A stretch of 64,000 nucleotides of DNA from Candidatus Poribacteria bacterium (GTDB lineage: Bacteria; Poribacteria; WGA-4E; PCPOR2b): NCBI GenBank assembly GCA_965198175.1, contig OZ240245.1, positions 288,001 to 352,000 on the forward strand. The letters run 5' to 3'. The notes beneath the pieces are model-generated. The model had not been told where the DNA came from and did no database searches. It saw only the letters and a list, made by a program, of their open reading frames with translations. Below, piece after piece: positions 31,332 through 40,875 of this stretch (its first letter is position 1; every line of letters begins with the position of its first letter). Position numbers and translations under genes: made by a program.

Positions 31332-32342
31332 CTATTTGATCGCTTGATTCTGCTTGAGCCAACCCCAGGTCAAGGGCTGATTCTCAGCCGGTGAGACGGA
31401 AAACGCGTCCACGAAAGCAGGATCGAACCAAGCTGGAGAGCGATCTTCACCGCCCACCGCTGGTAGATCTTGCCACTCCAGATTACCATTCGCAGGGTGG
31501 ATGCGGATAGTGATTACACCGCCCTGTCCAAACGCTGTCGATGCGACACGCTCACCACCCGGCGCCCAAGTAACATCCCTATTTCTAACTCCCTGTGCTC
31601 TTGGATCTTGAAGGTCGCTAATCTTCATCGGATTGCCTCCGTCCGCATCCATTGACCAGATCTCCCCGGCACCATTTCGGCGGGATATCCAAGCAATTCG
31701 GTTGCCGTCCCGCGACCACTTGGGCTGGATATCCTCGCCGCGAACTTTGGTGAGATTTTGTACGTTCTCGCCCTGCGCATCCATCACAAAGATGTCCCCC
31801 AGAGTCTTTCCACGTTTGGAAGCGAAGGCTATCCTTCTAGCATCTGGCGACCACGTGGGGTGCTGGTCTTGCACCGAGTCGTTTGTGATATTTTCCAACG
31901 CCTCTCTCGCCGAAGTCATGGCATAGATTTCAAAGTTCCCATCCCGATTCGTGGAAAACGCAAGCCTTTCACCCTCGGGGTGCCACGCAGGCCAGCTATC
32001 TTCTCCCGGATGGTCGGTGAGTCTCCTGAGATTTTCCCCGTCAGCATCCACGACGTAGATATCAATGTTACCTTCCAATTCGCTGTGGAAGGCAATCTGT
32101 TTCCCGTCGAACGACCACGTCAAGCCCGAAGGTAGAGAGCCATCGCCAATCTCTAAAGCCAAGCGTGGATTCTCTCCTTCGGGGGTCATGAACCAGATGC
32201 CTGCCCCCTTCCTCACGTCCGTAGCAAACGCAATTGTCGGCTCGTCCGGCGCTTCGGCATGAGTGTTCCCGACGAGCACCGCACCAAGTAGTAACAGCCC
32301 GGTGGCACATACCGCACACATCGTTGTTCTCTCAATGTACAT
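31332..32342 (-). CDS. TolB-like paralogue 4
   Basis: PD40 repeats; start MYIERTT; ends FSVSPAENQPLTWGWLK. Confidence 0.87.
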   Translation of the reverse strand: MYIERTTMCAVCATGLLLLGAVLVGNTHAEAPDEPTIAFATDVRKGAGIWFMTPEGENPRLALEIGDGSLPSGLTWSFDGKQIAFHSELEGNIDIYVVDADGENLRRLTDHPGEDSWPAWHPEGERLAFSTNRDGNFEIYAMTSAREALENITNDSVQDQHPTWSPDARRIAFASKRGKTLGDIFVMDAQGENVQNLTKVRGEDIQPKWSRDGNRIAWISRRNGAGEIWSMDADGGNPMKISDLQDPRAQGVRNRDVTWAPGGERVASTAFGQGGVITIRIHPANGNLEWQDLPAVGGEDRSPAWFDPAFVDAFSVSPAENQPLTWGWLKQNQAIK

Positions 32343-32419
32343 CCTGTGTTTCCTCTTGTGGTGTTGAAAATTCACGGCATGCGCCAGCGTGTTCTTCCGT
32401 TGAACGCGAGAATTCACCG

Positions 32420-33403
32420 TTAATTGTCCAGTCTCACCTGTTTCAGCCACCCCCAGCTCAAGTGCCGTTTTTTGATAGGTGAAACGGAAAACTCCGGAAT
32501 AAAATCAGGGTCAAACCAAGCGGGAGACCGATTCGGAAAACCGATGTCCGGTATCTCTTTCCAATCCCCTTCTCCGTTGGGGTTACTCGTAAAAACTACA
32601 GCCCGGCCGCCTCCAAAACCCACACCGGCAACTCGTCTGCCATCAGGTGACCATTCAGGATCCCGCTTGACTCCCGCATAACCGATTAGCTCAACGATAT
32701 TCCCGCCATCCGCGGCATCCATGACGAAGAGTTGGCCATTCCCCGGTCGAAAAGATATCCATGCAATCTTCTGACTATCGGGAGACCACGCGGGTTGGCT
32801 GTCCTCCGCCTTATGATTGGTGAGATTGGTTAGGTTTTGCCCATTCGCATCCATGGTATAGACATCTCCGAGCGTGCGGCCCCGCTTGGAGCTAAACGCC
32901 AGCTTGCGGCCATCCAGCGTCCACGTCGGGTGGAGATCGTTCGCAGGGTCATCAACAAGTTTATTCAGGATATCCCCATTCGGTGTCATCGTTTGGATGT
33001 CAAAGTTTCCGTCACGGTTTGTGGAAAAAGCAATACGTTGACCGCTGGGATGCCACTCGGGCCACGCATCTTCCGCCTCATGGTCGGTGAGTCTTTTGAG
33101 ATTCTGCCCATCGCCGTCAACAATGTAGATGTCGGTGTTCAACTTCAAATGGGTATGAAAAATCAGTCTTCGACCGTCCGGCGACCAGTTCAAACTCAAC
33201 GGAACAGGATCGCCGCCAACTTCAAGAATTGGGCGTTGATTTTTCCCATCGGTGTCCATCAACCAGATATTGCCGCCAGCTGCATCACTAGAGACCGCAA
33301 TGGTTGGTTTGTTGGGCGCCTGTGCTTCAACACACACGATGGGCCCGATTCCCATCAGAATGAACATACCGATGTATACGACGTATATCTTCCCCATTTG
33401 CAT
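32420..33403 (-). CDS. TolB-like paralogue 3
   Basis: PD40 repeats; AGGAGG RBS; ends FSVSPIKKRHLSWGWLK. Confidence 0.88.
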   Translation of the reverse strand: MQMGKIYVVYIGMFILMGIGPIVCVEAQAPNKPTIAVSSDAAGGNIWLMDTDGKNQRPILEVGGDPVPLSLNWSPDGRRLIFHTHLKLNTDIYIVDGDGQNLKRLTDHEAEDAWPEWHPSGQRIAFSTNRDGNFDIQTMTPNGDILNKLVDDPANDLHPTWTLDGRKLAFSSKRGRTLGDVYTMDANGQNLTNLTNHKAEDSQPAWSPDSQKIAWISFRPGNGQLFVMDAADGGNIVELIGYAGVKRDPEWSPDGRRVAGVGFGGGRAVVFTSNPNGEGDWKEIPDIGFPNRSPAWFDPDFIPEFSVSPIKKRHLSWGWLKQVRLDN

Positions 33404-33532
33404 AGCCAATTACCTCCTTACAGTAAGCTTGTAAATCCAGTTTTTTTCTTCGCATCGAAAAACGAAGCGCTCCGTTTGTGGTAAGGCTTCACACTCGTTC
33501 CATCCCACTAAGCATCCAAATTTGTGCAAAAC

Positions 33533-34378
33533 TTAGGCAAGCCTCGTGAGCTTCTCACTTAACTCCCAGAGCCCCTTCTGTAATTACTCGTCATTACATT
33601 TGGCAGATATCGCTTCCGGCTTCTTCTTATCAAAATATTTACCGGTAACTCCTTCAACCTCAGTGGAGCTCGCCAAATAGATACTGGTCTGGGCAGCCTT
33701 CTCTGGGGAATGGGTAAACATTTTCATGATTTTGTTGAGTACGATTTGATACCACTTCCCCGGCCACACATTCCAAATATCGGTGGAGGCATGGCCCGGG
33801 TGCAATGCGTTTGCCGTGACACTTGTACCTTTCAAACGATCGGCAAGTTCCATGGTGAAGAGAACAACAGCGAGTTTAGCAGTCGCATACGCATTAAAGC
33901 TTTTATACTTCTTTTTGAAATGTGGATCGTCAAAGTCGATTTCGCCCTGAACATAGGCATTGGACGCAACGTTCACAATGCGGCCTTCGGGCGCTTGTTT
34001 GAGTATCGGCAGTAATAAATTGGTGAGGAGAAATGGGCCCAGATAGTTAACTCCCATCGTCCCTTCAAATCCGTCCGGGGTCTCTTCTCTTGTGGCGCAA
34101 AAGATGCCCGCATTATTAATTAACACATGCAATTGGCTATATTCCTGAGAAAATTGCTTGGCAAACTCACGAATGGAACCGAGTGATGCCAAATCAATCT
34201 GCATCATTTCAATGCTCGTATTGTCACTTTCCTGCTTAATTGATTCGTATACAGGTCTAGCATCGTTTAGATCGATACAAGCCATGACGATGGTTGCACC
34301 TTTTTTAGCGAGGGCTTTGGTAATCTCTCTCCCAATGCCACCGTCAGCTCCGGTAATCAGAACCGTTTTTCCGTGCAT
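33533..34378 (-). CDS. SDR oxidoreductase (retinol dehydrogenase-like) with a premature stop at 33584-33586
   Basis: TGADGGIG, NNAG, YATAK, LHPG. The frame continues past TAA as LQKGLWELSEKLTRLA*, the usual C-terminal helix of this family. Confidence 0.85.
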
Positions 34379-34471
34379 CGTTTGTGTGCCTTCTGAAGTG
34401 AGTTAATACGGCATTTCCTGTGCTACGTAATACGGAACACGTCAGAAATACGTTTTGCAGGCGATTGATTG

Positions 34472-35482
34472 TTAATCGAGCTGTACCGCCCGCTTGAGCC
34501 AGCCCCAGGTTAAAGAGCGCTTAGCCACGGGGAAGACGGAGAATGCGCCGATGAAATCAGGGTCGAACCAAGCAGGTGACCGAGTTCGTGTGCCGATCTG
34601 TAAGCGTCCCTGCTCTGCTTCATCAGCCCCGGCAATAGCCAAGATGATAAAACTATCGCCGCCCCCAGCGGTCACGTAGGCAACCATTTCTCCATCCGGG
34701 GACCAGGTGGGCTCAAGTTCCTCCCAATGGTCACGAGGAGCGGCAAAGGCATTGAGTTTTGCGGGGTTCCCGCCGTCGGCGTCCATTAGGAAAATATCGC
34801 CCGTTCCATCTCGATGAGATGTCCAGAGGATCTTCTCGCCATCCGGCGACCACTTGGGTTGGGTATCTAGAGCACGATGGTTGGTGAGATTTTGCAAGTT
34901 CTCACCATTCGCATCCATCACGAACAGATCGCCGAGGGTCTTCCCCCGCTTGGAGGAGAAGACAATTTTTCTGCCATCTGGCGACCATGCGGGGTCGATG
35001 TCAATGACGGGGTCGTTTGTTAGGTTTTCGATGATTTCACCCTCGGCTGTCATTACGTAGATTTCAAAATTCTCGTCCCGATTAGACGTGAAAATAATTC
35101 GCTGGCTGATGGGGTGCCACTGAGGCCAACTGTCCTCCGCAGGTTCTTCGGTGAGCTGTTTGAGATTCCGCCCATCGGCGTTCATCACATAAATGTCAAC
35201 ATTTCCCTTTACTTCGGTGTGAAACACCAGTTTTCGGCCATTCGGCGACCACGCCAGCCCTAGCGGCAATGGGTTTCCACTTATATCTAGAATGGCGCGT
35301 TGGTTCGCCCCATCGGGGTCTATCAACCAAATCGTGCCTCCCTCGCGCGGGTCGGCGGAGACGGCGATAGTTGGTTTGTCGGGCGCTTTCTGCGCTCGCG
35401 CGTTCACCAGCAGAATGATGTTCGCCAAGAACAGTAGCCCGACGCACACAATCCACATCGTCGTATTTCGGAGTTTCCGCAT
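34472..35482 (-). CDS. TolB-like paralogue 2
   Basis: PD40 repeats; ends FSVFPVAKRSLTWGWLK. Confidence 0.88.
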   Translation of the reverse strand: MRKLRNTTMWIVCVGLLFLANIILLVNARAQKAPDKPTIAVSADPREGGTIWLIDPDGANQRAILDISGNPLPLGLAWSPNGRKLVFHTEVKGNVDIYVMNADGRNLKQLTEEPAEDSWPQWHPISQRIIFTSNRDENFEIYVMTAEGEIIENLTNDPVIDIDPAWSPDGRKIVFSSKRGKTLGDLFVMDANGENLQNLTNHRALDTQPKWSPDGEKILWTSHRDGTGDIFLMDADGGNPAKLNAFAAPRDHWEELEPTWSPDGEMVAYVTAGGGDSFIILAIAGADEAEQGRLQIGTRTRSPAWFDPDFIGAFSVFPVAKRSLTWGWLKRAVQLD

Positions 35483-35594
35483 TTGTACACCCTACTTCGC
35501 TTGCGTTAGTGAAACCCACTGAAAGCCTCACCTACCCACCCAAGCGTAAGGCAACGTTTCCGCCGCGCCCAATACGTTCTAGCACCAGCGGTTA

Positions 35595-36599
35595 TTAATT
35601 GTCTCGTCTCACCTGCTTAAGCCATCCCCAAGCTAACGGTTGCTGCTTGACTGGTGAAACAGAGAACTCCCGGACAAAGGCAGGATCGAACCAAGTTGGG
35701 CACCCGTGGATTTCCCCGATGTCCGGCAACATAGGGTGTGCGACTAGCTCATCATCCTTGTCTGCCTCGGCGATAAAGATGGGGCTACGGCCGATGTAAA
35801 CGACCTTTTTACTGTCCGGGGACCACGAAACTTCGCGGTCGTCCCACTGGCCAATATCGTCTTTCCGAACCCCGGAAATCTGCCTTAGATTCTCTCCGTC
35901 AGGATTCATCACGAAGATATCACCGTTTCCGTTTCTCTGGGAGGACCAGACAATCCACTGACCGTTCGGCGACCACTTCGGTTGGATTTCCTTCCCGCGA
36001 GTATTCGTGAGATTCCGCGGATTATTTCCATTCGCTTCCATTGCCCAGATGTCTCCAAGCGATTTCCCCCGCTTGGTAGCAAAGGCGATTCGTCGACCGT
36101 CCGGAGACCATGTGGGTTGAGTATCCGGAGCGGGATCGTTTGTGAGGTTTTCCAGAACCTCCCCGCCTAGATTAATTACGTGGATTTCAAGGTTTCCATC
36201 CCTATCAGACGCGAAGGCGAGCCTTCGACCACTAGCGTGCCAGGTCGGCCAGCTATCTTCCCCTTCGTGGTCAGTAAGTCTTTTGAGTTTTTCTCCATCG
36301 CCGCTCATCACGTAGATATCAACGTTGTTCTCCACTTGGGTATGGAAGGCAATCTGGCTGCCATCCGGTGACCACTCCAACCCCCAGGACAAAGGAGCAC
36401 CTTCAATTTCTAGAATTGCGCGTGGATCTCCGCCATCGGGGTCAATTAACCAAATGGCATTATTGCCTCCCGAATCGCTGGAAACTGCGATGGTTGGTTT
36501 GTCAGGTGCTCGTGCTTGGGTGCCCACCACGAACACAACGTAAATCAAGAACAGTATGCCGATGTATACAGTCCGCATCAATGCTTTTCGGGATTGCAT
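35595..36599 (-). CDS. TolB-like paralogue 1
   Basis: PD40 repeats; ends FSVSPVKQQPLAWGWLK. Confidence 0.88.
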   Translation of the reverse strand: MQSRKALMRTVYIGILFLIYVVFVVGTQARAPDKPTIAVSSDSGGNNAIWLIDPDGGDPRAILEIEGAPLSWGLEWSPDGSQIAFHTQVENNVDIYVMSGDGEKLKRLTDHEGEDSWPTWHASGRRLAFASDRDGNLEIHVINLGGEVLENLTNDPAPDTQPTWSPDGRRIAFATKRGKSLGDIWAMEANGNNPRNLTNTRGKEIQPKWSPNGQWIVWSSQRNGNGDIFVMNPDGENLRQISGVRKDDIGQWDDREVSWSPDSKKVVYIGRSPIFIAEADKDDELVAHPMLPDIGEIHGCPTWFDPAFVREFSVSPVKQQPLAWGWLKQVRRDN

Positions 36600-36779
36600 T
36601 TTCTTTCACCTCATTACGTTATTTTGAGAATTCGCAGTCACACTGTTTCAGCCTTGGGATTACCGACTAAGACAATAGAGAAGAAGAAACAAGCAGCAAA
36701 TCGGACACTTCAGTCCGATTCGTCAGCACAAATATTGTCAGGTTTGGAATCCCCACCGGCTGTCTCAAGCCCGGCTGCG

Positions 36780-37193
36780 TTAGCTCACCTCGTTCACATC
36801 CAGCACACAACCGATTACCGCAGCCACCAGCGGTTCGTCACCGACTGCGACGATGTCGTGTTCAACCTTCGCCGGCATGTATGCAGAACCGCCCGGTCCC
36901 ACGATCTTTTTCTCATCTCCGACGGTAAGTTCCGCCTGACCGGCGAACACGTAATAGCACTGTTCCCAATTGGGATGGTGGTGACTGCCATGTGTCTTGC
37001 CCGGCGGCCATGTATGGATGGCGATCATCAAGCGTTTCGCCGAAAGTTGATTCAAATCTTGCCCATATAATTCATCGGGGCCAGCGATAATTACCGTATA
37101 CCCCTCCTCTTCATGAGCAACGCCTGGCACTGTGTTATCGCCAAAACCCGTGAAGGTGCCTTTTGAATCTTCTGGAGTGCGAATGTACTTCAT
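36780..37193 (-). CDS. Cupin domain protein
   Basis: HHHPNWEQCYYV..G and PAKVEH; AGGAGG RBS. Confidence 0.85.
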   Translation of the reverse strand: MKYIRTPEDSKGTFTGFGDNTVPGVAHEEEGYTVIIAGPDELYGQDLNQLSAKRLMIAIHTWPPGKTHGSHHHPNWEQCYYVFAGQAELTVGDEKKIVGPGGSAYMPAKVEHDIVAVGDEPLVAAVIGCVLDVNEVS

Positions 37194-37215
37194 GCTGAAC
37201 TTCCTCCTTGTGAAC

Positions 37216-37317
37216 GATCAAGCGAACGGTTAGTGAGCGATCAACCGAGTGAATAGCGAGGGCGATAGTCTTAACCGACAGTAAAAACCATCGCATTAAC
37301 TATCCGTTCGCTTGATC
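37216..37317. repeat. Palindromic repeat family copy
   Basis: GATCAAGCGAACGG... with a duplicated arm, ending ...CTATCCGTTCGCTTGATC. Confidence 0.85.
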
Positions 37318-37319
37318 GG

Positions 37320-39245
37320 TTAATCCTGGTCCTGTTCCTGCCGTGCCTTTTGAATCGCTTTGAGCCCATCCTGATAGGTTGGGTTTTCCGGCTGCAGGGT
37401 CAGTGCATTCTGAATGGCGTCCTCCGCCTTTGCATAATCGCTGTTGCGGTAGTACAACCATGACAAGGTGTTTAGATAACGCGCCGAATCGGGTTGAAGT
37501 TCGACTGCCTTCTCCGCGAGTTCTAGCGCCTTGTGGAGGTGGGTGTTGTGAGTGCCGTATAGATGCGCCAACCGCTCATAAGCAGGGTCAAAGGCAGGGT
37601 TCTGAGCAATCGCACGCTGATACGCCTGCTCTGACAAGCCAATCCGATTCTGCGTAGAATAGATTACACCGAGGTAATAGTGCGCCTCAAACATATCCGG
37701 TTCGAGATTTACCGCAGCGTTCAGGCTGTTCACCGCTGCATCTATTTGACCACTCTCCAGAGCGATGAGACCTAGTCTATAGTGGGGCTCCGCGAGATAC
37801 GGATCGTGCTTGATTATTTCTTGATAATGATTTACTGCCCTTTGAAAATTGCCTTGTTGAAAATAAACTCCTGCGAGACGTAAGCGAATTTGTAATCGAT
37901 TTGGTTCAAGGGATAGGAGTTTTTCATACGCCGCTTGAGCTTCTTGGAATCGGGCAAGTTCAATGGCAATACTACCAATATTCAACCATGTCTGTGGGCT
38001 ATCCGGTTTAAACTCAGCCGCCTTGCGATAGGCAGTAATCGACTTTTCATAGTCTTCTCGGCGGTCAGAGGCTTGTGCCTTTTTGAGCCAGACGAGTCCC
38101 AACCCACTGTGCGCTGAAGCCATATCCGGTTTCAACTTGACCGCCCGCTGCTGTGCCTCAAGTGCATCTTCCAGTCGTCCTCGAGTAGCATAGATATAAC
38201 CTAGTCCGTTATGCACCGCTGCGACATTTGGATCATGCCAAAGTGCTTGTTTGAACTGCTGCAGCGCATCCTCGAGTTTTTTATCGTGAATGTATTTCCA
38301 TCCTAGATTGGACAAGGCGGCGGCTTTTTCTGTACCTTGGGATGCACGCAGTACAGCAAGTTCGTCTACCTGATCTTCCCGAATTTGTCGGAACTTCTCC
38401 ATCTCCTTTTCTGCTTCCGCTTTTTTACCTTGCTTAAAATGTAGCAGCGCGAGTCGGTAGTATGCGCTAGTCATTTGTGGGTCAAAGCGAATTGTCTCAC
38501 GAAACGCACGCTCTGCTTTATCCTCCTCCTTCTTCCGAATGTGGACGAGTCCAAGTCGGAAATGCGCCTCGGCAAGAGAAGGCTCTAGGCGAATCGACTG
38601 TCGATAGTATGCGGCTGCCTGATCGACCCGACCATACTCAAAAGCGATACGACCTAGAAAGTAACTCACCCCGCCTGGTGTTAGCGGATTCATCTGATAT
38701 GCTTGCTGAATAACGGAGGACGGTGCAAGTCGGTAGCTTGGGGATTCCGACGTTGTCATCAGGGAAAATGCTTCTTTCCAGGCGACTTCTGCTTTATCAT
38801 AGTCGTGCTGCCGAAACCAAGCCATTCCTAACTGTGCGTAGGCTTGCGCCCAGTCCGGGAAGTAGCGGATCGCCCGCTCAAATACGCTTATGGCTTTTTC
38901 GTAGTCGTGCTGCCGCAAGTAGGTTCCCCCCAGACAGTAGTAGGCGGCGGTGTCATTGGCATCTAACCGGAGCGCATTTTCGAAAGTTTCTGCCGCTTCG
39001 TCCATCGCGCCGAACGACACATACGCCAAGCCGAGGTTCAGATACGCCTCAACGGAAGTTGGATTTTCATCAAGAACTTTCTGATACTGGGCGATTGCCT
39101 CGTCCAAACTAGATGCTGTATCACCTTGGGCTTGCACCTTCATACAGAAATTCAGTAAGAAAACTGATATTACAGCCACGACGCTACAATGGATACGTTT
39201 TCTAATGGGGAAGTGATAATTCAAGACCATCCCGCACCTCCGCAC
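37320..39245 (-). CDS. Secreted multi-TPR protein
   Basis: Signal-like N-terminus and more than 12 TPR motifs. Confidence 0.88.
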   Translation of the reverse strand: MRRCGMVLNYHFPIRKRIHCSVVAVISVFLLNFCMKVQAQGDTASSLDEAIAQYQKVLDENPTSVEAYLNLGLAYVSFGAMDEAAETFENALRLDANDTAAYYCLGGTYLRQHDYEKAISVFERAIRYFPDWAQAYAQLGMAWFRQHDYDKAEVAWKEAFSLMTTSESPSYRLAPSSVIQQAYQMNPLTPGGVSYFLGRIAFEYGRVDQAAAYYRQSIRLEPSLAEAHFRLGLVHIRKKEEDKAERAFRETIRFDPQMTSAYYRLALLHFKQGKKAEAEKEMEKFRQIREDQVDELAVLRASQGTEKAAALSNLGWKYIHDKKLEDALQQFKQALWHDPNVAAVHNGLGYIYATRGRLEDALEAQQRAVKLKPDMASAHSGLGLVWLKKAQASDRREDYEKSITAYRKAAEFKPDSPQTWLNIGSIAIELARFQEAQAAYEKLLSLEPNRLQIRLRLAGVYFQQGNFQRAVNHYQEIIKHDPYLAEPHYRLGLIALESGQIDAAVNSLNAAVNLEPDMFEAHYYLGVIYSTQNRIGLSEQAYQRAIAQNPAFDPAYERLAHLYGTHNTHLHKALELAEKAVELQPDSARYLNTLSWLYYRNSDYAKAEDAIQNALTLQPENPTYQDGLKAIQKARQEQDQD

Positions 39246-39394
39246 CTATATGCGGTCCAGTTCACGCATCTCAAAAGGGGAAATGAACATCCCTGCGAAC
39301 TCATGTATTCTTGAACACCTCGCCCAATCCGTCTGTTAATCTGTAGTGCGTCTTCACCGGGGCAACACAGGATTGTAATTTACGCCTCGCCGGT

Positions 39395-40228
39395 TCACAC
39401 GGGAACTTGTCTATGAAATCCTTTAGGTTTCCACATGATGGGATAACCCGGCGGCCAGCCTTCGCCGCCCAAAATCTCTTTAAATTCATCAGTCATCCCA
39501 CAGAGCCAGTAAAACATCTCGGCAGTATCATACCAACCACGGAACTGCTGCCGAAAGTTGGGGCCATCTACATTGTATATGGGACTATGATCATGTCCGA
39601 AGTCAAAGTCTGGTTCGATAATCCAATCCCGCTGCGGCGGCACCGTTCGCCAATAGCAGTATTTCAGCATATTACGAATACCGTGTGCGGTGGACACCGA
39701 GCGGCGATGCCATATCGAATAGACGGTGAGGAAAATCGATCCTGCGGGCGCGGCGGTTTTGACGCCGCCTCGAACCCCCCCGTAGTGCGCCATCCAACTC
39801 TGCAAGCAAAAGAAAAAATGGGAACCCGGCACCACTTCCGTGGGGCCCATCTCCACTGGTGCATCCTGAGGGTAATAGAAAACCTGCAAATGATTCAGTT
39901 CAGGAGCGTAACGCGAGCCTCCGTCGCGGTGCCAATGCTGATTTGTAGCCGGGCATTCGATACGATGGTTGGCAATCCCTTTGGGAAGTGCAAAGTCCCT
40001 GCCCAGCAATGACCGTACCGCACCCGCCGCCTGGGGATTGAGCAGCACCTCCTCAACAAACCATTCCTCTTGCAGAAGGGGGCCTTGTCCATGTGTTTCA
40101 ATGAATTCAGAGGTTCTCCGGTTAATCTCATCTGGAACGACACCCTTCAACATTACAAAGCCGTTCTTGCAGAACTCCAGAACCTGCGTGTCGGTCAAGG
40201 TGGGTTCACAATCGTTCGTACTTTTCAA
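39395..40228 (-). CDS. Phytanoyl-CoA dioxygenase (PhyH) family Fe/2OG enzyme
   Basis: LT..QV..F..NGF, WHRDG, GPTEVVPGSH, WHR; TTG start after GAGGT. Confidence 0.85.
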   Translation of the reverse strand: MKSTNDCEPTLTDTQVLEFCKNGFVMLKGVVPDEINRRTSEFIETHGQGPLLQEEWFVEEVLLNPQAAGAVRSLLGRDFALPKGIANHRIECPATNQHWHRDGGSRYAPELNHLQVFYYPQDAPVEMGPTEVVPGSHFFFCLQSWMAHYGGVRGGVKTAAPAGSIFLTVYSIWHRRSVSTAHGIRNMLKYCYWRTVPPQRDWIIEPDFDFGHDHSPIYNVDGPNFRQQFRGWYDTAEMFYWLCGMTDEFKEILGGEGWPPGYPIMWKPKGFHRQVPV

Positions 40229-40259
40229 GGTAAGTTACCTCCACAATGGTCTGAGATAT

Positions 40260-40440
40260 TATAGTCATTGCAACTAAAAATTACACGTGTGTTTATTAAC
40301 ATATCCAAGTTCCCACCCATTCCCGTAGGTCGGGCTTCCAGCCCGACCCGCTCAATGGGAAGCGTCGAAAACCGGGAGTTTGTGAGCTAAGTCGAGTCAA
40401 TCATCGCTCATATGTGTAAATATAGATGCAAATGACTGTA
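40260..40440. mobile_element. MITE-like element enclosing a GTAG-headed REP hairpin
   Basis: Imperfect TIRs TATAGTCATTGCAACTAAAAATTACAC...GTGTAAATATAGATGCAAATGACTGTA; internal GTAGGTCGGGCTTCCAGCCCGAC; related copy at 49444-49562. Confidence 0.6.
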
Positions 40441-40607
40441 GAACCGTAAGATTGCTGTGTCCATCAATATTTCAGTAAAGTTTCCAAGTATTCAAGAGTA
40501 TAAGCTACAGTCAGAGTTTTGCTTCAAAGATTGGAAAGGCGCAAATCCCAACGTTGCTTGTTCTCTTAAGAATGCGATATACATCGTAAATATCACTACC
40601 ACACAAA

Positions 40608-40636
40608 ATTTTACACGAAATTTCGGTTTTTGTCAA
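40608..40636 (-). promoter_or_regulatory. sigma70-type promoter
   Basis: TTGACA-17-TAAAAT on the minus strand. Confidence 0.6.
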
Positions 40637-40749
40637 GATCGGTAAGCTACCTAAATAAAATTCAGTATCTTTATAAATTTCCAGGGACATCCGTTCTTAA
40701 TACGGTGCCTGACCCCAATTTTGTGGGGAATTGCGAAACTGAATTTCTA

Positions 40750-40778
40750 TTGCAAAAGCGAGTCTTTCCGCGTATAAT
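40750..40778 (+). promoter_or_regulatory. sigma70-type promoter
   Basis: TTGCAA-17-TATAAT. Confidence 0.6.
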
Positions 40779-40875
40779 GTCTTGCCTTAACGTAATGATG
40801 CCAGTTTAATAGAGCAAAAGCGATCAGCAAACTAACTCGCCACAAATCATATCACACACTTTCTTTCCTCCGCAA

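Noticed and set aside
26933..36599. Genuine tol-pal operon
   Set aside because: No TolQ, TolR, TolA or Pal, and the proteins lack the TolB N-terminal domain.
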